Assembly: GCA_001179505.1 (NCBI GenBank)
Contig: CDMY01000746.1
Coordinates: 1 to 24,530 of the forward strand
From: Vitrella brassicaformis CCMP3155
Lineage: Eukaryota > Protista > Chromerida
Reading direction: 5' to 3'
DNA length: 24,530 nt
Shown here piece after piece: positions 19,401 through 24,530 of this stretch; position 1 is the stretch's first letter; each line of letters starts with the position of its first letter. The notes beneath the pieces were generated by a model. The model searched no databases. It saw only the letters and a list, made by a program, of their open reading frames with translations, and was not told where the DNA came from. The translations under genes and the position numbers were made by a program.

Positions 19401-20740
19401 ACCGGCGGCACTGCTCCCGCCGCCGCCGCCCTTCTTGGCGCTGCTGTCTTTGGCGGAACTTGTGCCCTTCTTGCCAAAGTCACGAACGGGGGAGGGGAGA
19501 ACGCGTTGCTGATGATCGAAACAACAGAGAAGCCAGCGTATGTGTATGGGTGTGGGTGTGGGTGTGCGTATGTGCTTTGTCTACCATCTGGCAGATGAGC
19601 TTCCTGGCGTCCTGCCCCTCCTCCCACGACACAACTGGACACACACACAGCAGCACACAGGGTGACTGACCATGGCGCTGCTTTGCGGGTCAGGTAGCTG
19701 ACTTACCTGTGGCCTGTGCGGTGAGCTGATGGACTGACGTCATGGACTGCAGCTCGTACTCCTTGCGAGCACCGACACGAAGCGGCATACACAACAAGTT
19801 GAGCCGGGGATTCGCCTCCCAGAACAGGAAAAACGGGCTCTGTAAGATACACCGTCCATCGTGTATGTGTCACCCCAGTCCTGTCCTGTCCTGTATGTGA
19901 TGTGATATGTGTTGCCCCAGGGAAGGGCTCACTCACTGGCTCTTGCTGTACTCGGTCATCGACCTTCCCATCACCCTCCTGCTGCTTCTGCTTATCGGTG
20001 GCACCCCCCACACCCTCACCGCCGCCCTGCTGCTCGTCAGCACCACCCGCACCATCACCATCACCCGCAGCAGCAGCCGCGCCCAGCGCCATGGCTGTCT
20101 GCTGCTGTGCGACACCACTGGCCTGCTGGTCCTGGTTCTGGAGTAGGGAAGCAGCGAGGTCCGGGGACGACTTGACGCGCCGCAGCAGAGGTGCCGTGTC
20201 GCTGTCCTCGAGCGATGGGTGGCCGGCGAAGGAGCGGCTGCGCTTCAGCTGGTGCTTCTTGGGGGTGGGTATGGCGGCTTGGTGGCTGCCCTGTGTGCTG
20301 TGTATGCGGCGGACGGCCTCCCTCACCAAAGCCAACAACACACGCTCCATCACACCGCCACTCGCCTCGACCTTGGCGGCCTCTCCATCCAGCTGCTTAG
20401 CACCAGCCGCCCCCTCCTGACCATCGCTGGCCTCCTCCGTGTTGTGCATGCGGCGGACGGCCTCTCTCACGAGCACCTCTAACACACGCTCCACCACGCT
20501 GCGAGTCGCCTGTCCATCGAGCTGCTTGGCGTCTGCCGCATCATGCTGTCCGCTGCTTGCCTTCGATTGTCCGCCCTGAGGTCCCATCGGCAGATCGCTC
20601 GTCGGCTGAGCCTTATAATTATCATCGATATGAGGGTCGTTGTGAGGCAAAGAGAGTGGCGGGTGGGCCGCTGGGGCGCCGCTGCCGCCTCGTGTGGCGC
20701 CGTTGAGTGCCTCTTTGCCCGGGCTGCTGCCATCGGTCAT
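15471..20740 (-). CDS. CK1-like pseudokinase - Pro/Gln linker - F-box - LRR-like fusion (15 exons, ~1400 codons); the preferred model has one in-frame TAG, so it may be a pseudogene or alternatively spliced
   Basis: Exons 20740-19937, 19839-19707, 19634-19585, 19508-19178, 19100-18856, 18771-18712, 18620-18436, 18372-18191, 18108-18009, 17925-16380, 16305-16109, 16046-15965, 15899-15692, 15634-15615, 15542-15471, all phase-compatible. CK1-type segments: ELHSHGLVHEHVKPRNMMV, VYLVDLK, KDDLEGLCYSMLCLLKGDESLPW, LCEGLPGSVCEFVKEVLGYGRLQLPRYDHLMDLL. F-box-like segment: LSTLPENCLCGVTDFMTTLEIIGRVGLWASAFRSLV. Confidence 0.75.
17533..17592. repeat. Four 15-bp tandem units (GGCACGTGGACCTGC consensus) encoding QVHVP-type repeats
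   Basis: Units at 17533, 17548, 17563 and 17578; the minus strand reads AQVHVPQVHVPQVHMPQGHVP. Confidence 0.9.
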
Positions 20741-21065
20741 CTGGTCTTCGGGCGATGAGTCAGGCGAGACGCTGACAGAGTCAGTGAGGTAGAAAGACCA
20801 TCAGGACGACCTATACGACCTTGGCGACTACGGAAAAAGTTGCTTCGACGACGGAAAAAAACGCATTCTGGCTGACAAGAAACGTTTCACGAATTTTGCC
20901 CCACAAGCTCGCCATCGAAAAGACTGGACGCCATCTGTGCATCTGAGGCCTTGCCGCAGCTCCCGAAGACCGCTGCTGCTGATCTCTCCTGTTTGATCTG
21001 CCTCCCCCGCCCATCTTCCTCCCTGCCGACACACACCAATTGACACATACGTCGTCCCTCCAGCG

Positions 21066-21567
21066 ATGGCCTCTGCGTCAGACTTCGCGCTTGCCGCCAA
21101 GTTCGTCCAGTCGATGCCCAAGGACGGGCCGGTGAAGCCGACGCAGGACGACAGGCTCAACTTCTACAAGTACACACACACACCACAGCACAGCAGAGCA
21201 CAGCAGGACTCAGAGAGGGGCATGCACTTGGGCTGCTGTGGTGTGGTGATGGCCGGTTAGGTACTACAAGCAGGCGACGGAGGGCGACTGCAAGGGCGAC
21301 GCGCCCTGGGCCATACAGTTCGAGGCCAAGGTGAGCAGTGAGTGAGTGGCACAGACAGATGCGCGCGGAGATCAGCGGCACACACACTGCACACGTCGTG
21401 TATGTCGGTGGTGCGTGTTGCCTTTGTGTGGTCAGGCCAAGCATGAGGCGTGGAGCAGTGTCAAGGGTCTGTCTGCCGATGAGGCGAAAGTCAAATACGT
21501 CGAGGCCCTCAACAAGATGTACCCCTCCTGGAAGGAAGAGGCCAACAAACTCGGACTCACCGCTTAG
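21066..21567 (+). CDS. ACBP: Acyl-CoA-binding protein (101 aa, 3 exons)
   Basis: Exons 21066-21169, 21261-21330, 21436-21567. ACBP signature: LNFYKYYKQATEGDC..PWAIQFEAKAKHEAWSSVKGLSADEAKVKYVE. Confidence 0.95.
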
Positions 21568-24530
21568 ACAGACAATGAGCCGACCGACCCAATACACACA
21601 CTGCTGCTGCTGCTGCTGCTGGTGAGATGGTGCTGTTGTGTTTTGCACTGAGGGAGGCGCTTCAGTCCGTTGTGTGCTGTCTTTCTGTGACGAGGGGTTC
21701 GTGTGGCGGTGTTTCTCGAAGTGGCTCGCCTGTTGCCATCTTGCCTCTCTGGCCTCACTGTCATGGCTGCACCAGATGCCCTGTGTGTTTCGATTAGACT
21801 CGAGGACACGCAGAGCGTCTGGGGCGGGCGGCGCAGTGGGCAGAGCGGCGGAAACAGCGGGGCGGTCTGTATCGATAACAGAAAGGCTATCACTGGCTGG
21901 TGTCTGCCTACTGACTTTGTCTGATCGGTTCGCCACCATCGTCGCATCAGACGTCAGATGGACCATCCCATTTGGCTCTCTGATGTGACTTCGTCGGCGA
22001 ACCCGTCGGGGAGATCGGTGGGCAGATGCGGCTCTGGGTGCATCGCATGTGTGTGATGTGATGTCCCAAATAGGGACAAGGATGGATGGATGGACGGCCT
22101 GCCCGGAAGGACCTTCTGGGTATGTATGGGTGCGGTGCGTGGCTGTTTTCTTCCGCACTTTTTTGGGGCGTGCTTTTGAACCATGACTGTTAAGTCTGAG
22201 GCTTTACTGTCTGACTGACACCTCACCTTTCCCCTCTGCCGATCGAGTGTGTCAGTCAAGTGGACTCTTTAAATCTTTCTTCTTGTTCTAAGCCGTTGGT
22301 TGACGCATTCAATGCATTCGATGACTTACTTCACCAGACAGACCCTCGCCCATTCACATCAATCACGTCTCGCCTGCACACACGTCACGTACTCACTGGC
22401 GCGTTTTTCTGTTCTCGACCTGCCCGGCTGCAAGGGGAGCGATGCACTGCATTCGCACGAGGGCATCGCCTGGCTCACAACGGCAAGATTGAGAACAAAA
22501 AGGACAGCACAGCGAGAAAACATACATACCCAGGTCTGTCGACACATGACCGACAGAGAAAGACGCGGCAAAGGCAGCTGGACAGCAGAGAGCTAAGTCA
22601 ACATGAGAGAGACGAAAACTGCAAACGGGGAAGACCAGAGAGAAGACGAAAACAAAAGCATCGAGCAAAGGAGCCCCTGTAGGTAGGTCTGTCTGTCTGT
22701 CTGTCTGGTCATGTCTGCAGATGTACGTGTGTACGTGTGTGGTGGCCCCTTGCTTCTCAGACTGCGGTTGGGCCTTGACCGTGGCTGCCGCCCGACATTG
22801 GCACATGTGATGGGTCGAACACACACGAACGACACATTAAAGCCCGCGCCATTTCAACGTCCTCCCTACCACTCGCTCATCCCTCCTCCCTCCCTCTCCA
22901 TAGGCTACGGTACGACCGGACAGCCAGCGTCCCCACGGCGGCAGTGCGAGTGAGACGACGCCACCCTGCCAATGCACAACACCACCGGCCTCACTGCCTG
23001 TCTTTGTCCTGCCTGCCTGGCTCTCTCGAAACGGCCCACAGCGACCAGCCAACTTCATACTGTGTACGAGCATGGCTTACACCGTAGGCCGCCGGCCGCG
23101 AGGGCGGTCGAGGCCCCCAGCAGCCATCACCGCGTGCAGAGTTCACGCCCCACTCGCCAACACAGCCGTGCAATGCACACAGACAGCGCATTCAGGCAGT
23201 GTGTCGAGCGCCGCGCGCCCCCTCCACGCTCAAATCAGAGCCGCTAGAGCCAGGTGTGCGCCGGCTGGCAAACCAAGCGCACACATGATACAGAAGTAGA
23301 TAAAACGTCACGGCTCTGCTCACTCCAGAGGGGACAGAGAGGGGCAAGAGAGTGCTGAGTGAGCGGCCACGACACTCTGTGTCGGCAGGGGACATGCAGA
23401 GGGCAGCCAACACAGAGAGGGAGGCGAGGCAGAAGCCAACGCCGTCGAAAGGCGAGAGAGAGGCAGCAAAAGGGGTCGGTCGTACCGTAGCAAAAGTGTG
23501 TCTGTCTGTCTGTGTAAGTTGTGCTGAGAGAGGGGGTGGCTTCGTGTGTGTGAGTGTATGTAGTGTGTGAGAGTGTAGGGTGTCCAGTGCTTCTGAGAAA
23601 CAGCGGATTGACCCTTGTGAGGACTGCCGCTGAGTCGATTTGAACGCCACGACCACATACACATGTCAACTTGTGACCAGCAAAGACAGTAGAGCCAGAC
23701 AGACAGACAGACAGACAAGGCAGAGAGAGAGAGAGAGATGAACGAGTAGGTGTAGCAGGTTTATACGAGAGCGAAGAGGAATAGAGGGAAACCCATGCAT
23801 GAAGTGAGTGTCATCAAATCAACCTCCCTGTCTGTGTATGTGTGCAGCGCCTGCTTTCTGGACCCCACCCCCCACCCACCCACAACACAGTGACCCGCAC
23901 ACGCACCCCTTAGTTACACACACACGTGTTACTGGCCACGCAAGGTTCGTACGCACAGGGGCTAGTGAAAAAGATGCCGTCCCGCAGACGGGTTTCCGTG
24001 ATCCAACGTCAGCACCTGCACACACACATGCATGCCCAAAGGCAGAGGAAAGCAATTGTCAGTCAGAAGAACGGTCAGTGCAAGACGTTGGTGTAGGTCA
24101 TCTCGCATGCACTCACCTTAGCTGTGTGTGTGTTTGCGCAGCGGCCCTCTCCCTGCTCTCTCCGCATGAGCGCGAGCCAACCCCTCCTCCGCCTGTCGAC
24201 AGGGAAAGAACAAGACAGCAAGATCAGGACGCACGTGTGTGTGTCATCCCAACAGTCAGCTGCCCAGCCTCCTCTCTCACCTCTATGCCCTGCCGGCGTC
24301 ATCTAGCTCCTCTCACATATGCACACAGAACAGCCGCCGCAGCCAACGTGGAGTTGGGGAACGCCGAGAGGTAGGCAATCGTCAGATCATTGTTGCAGTC
24401 GCCAGATCCATGGTGTGCCAGGCACGGGAGTGTAGATTGTGTCAGAAGTGCAAGTCGGTCCAGGGTTTAGGGTCTAGGGTTCATAGACCGACGATCCACT
24501 GATCTGTGAGACAGGACGGCTGTTGAGTCT

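Noticed and set aside
20811-21032. Upstream coding exon (MASLWGKIRETFLVSQNAFF..) for the pseudokinase gene
   Set aside because: Its donor phase does not match the acceptor near 20773, and the join gives an immediate stop; more likely 5' UTR or a uORF.
21157-22158. 333-aa minus-strand ORF
   Set aside because: Antisense to ACBP and runs through SSRs and introns; no recognisable domain.
23808-24374. 188-aa plus-strand ORF
   Set aside because: Low-complexity HT/CV translation of (CA)/(GT) repeats, with no motif and no GC3 bias evident.
24462-24484. Telomere-like AGGG TTTAGGG TCTAGGG TTCA
   Set aside because: Only two heptamers, and ordinary sequence continues afterwards; compatible with chance.

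Overview
Eukaryotic, intron-rich, gene-dense genomic DNA. The short introns are packed with (CA)n, (GACA)n and (GGAT)n microsatellites, and there is a 300-N gap at 7020-7319. Intron style, GC3-rich exons and an Ffh with a bipartite plastid leader point to a photosynthetic alveolate with a complex red-type plastid, most likely the chromerid Vitrella brassicaformis (inferred, not proven). Most ORFs in the supplied track are exon fragments or antisense shadows, so I rebuilt gene models by hand from GT/GC-AG sites and codon phase. Left to right: 3' end of an F-box/LRR-like family gene (+, <1-981); orphan secreted Cys-rich protein (-, 1795-3328); plastid SRP54/Ffh (+, 3548-5423); protein with 4 EF-hand pairs (-, 5678-8338); bacterial-type MTA/SAH deaminase-like amidohydrolase (-, 8765-10815); secreted C-x-W repeat protein (+, 10976-12454); small ubiquitin-like-fold gene with no in-frame start (+, ~14260-14870); a 15-exon, ~1400-codon gene fusing a dead casein-kinase-1-like domain to an F-box and LRR-like tail (-, 15471-20740), whose 3' kilobase is an inverted paralogue of the window start; and ACBP (+, 21066-21567). 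The last 3 kb have no convincing CDS. Best leads: the CK1-pseudokinase/F-box fusion (in-frame TAG, hypervariable patch against its paralogue), an 18-bp motif shared by two head-to-head promoters, and loss of the SRP-RNA-binding motifs in cpSRP54. No CRISPR array, rRNA, tRNA or recognisable transposase was seen.
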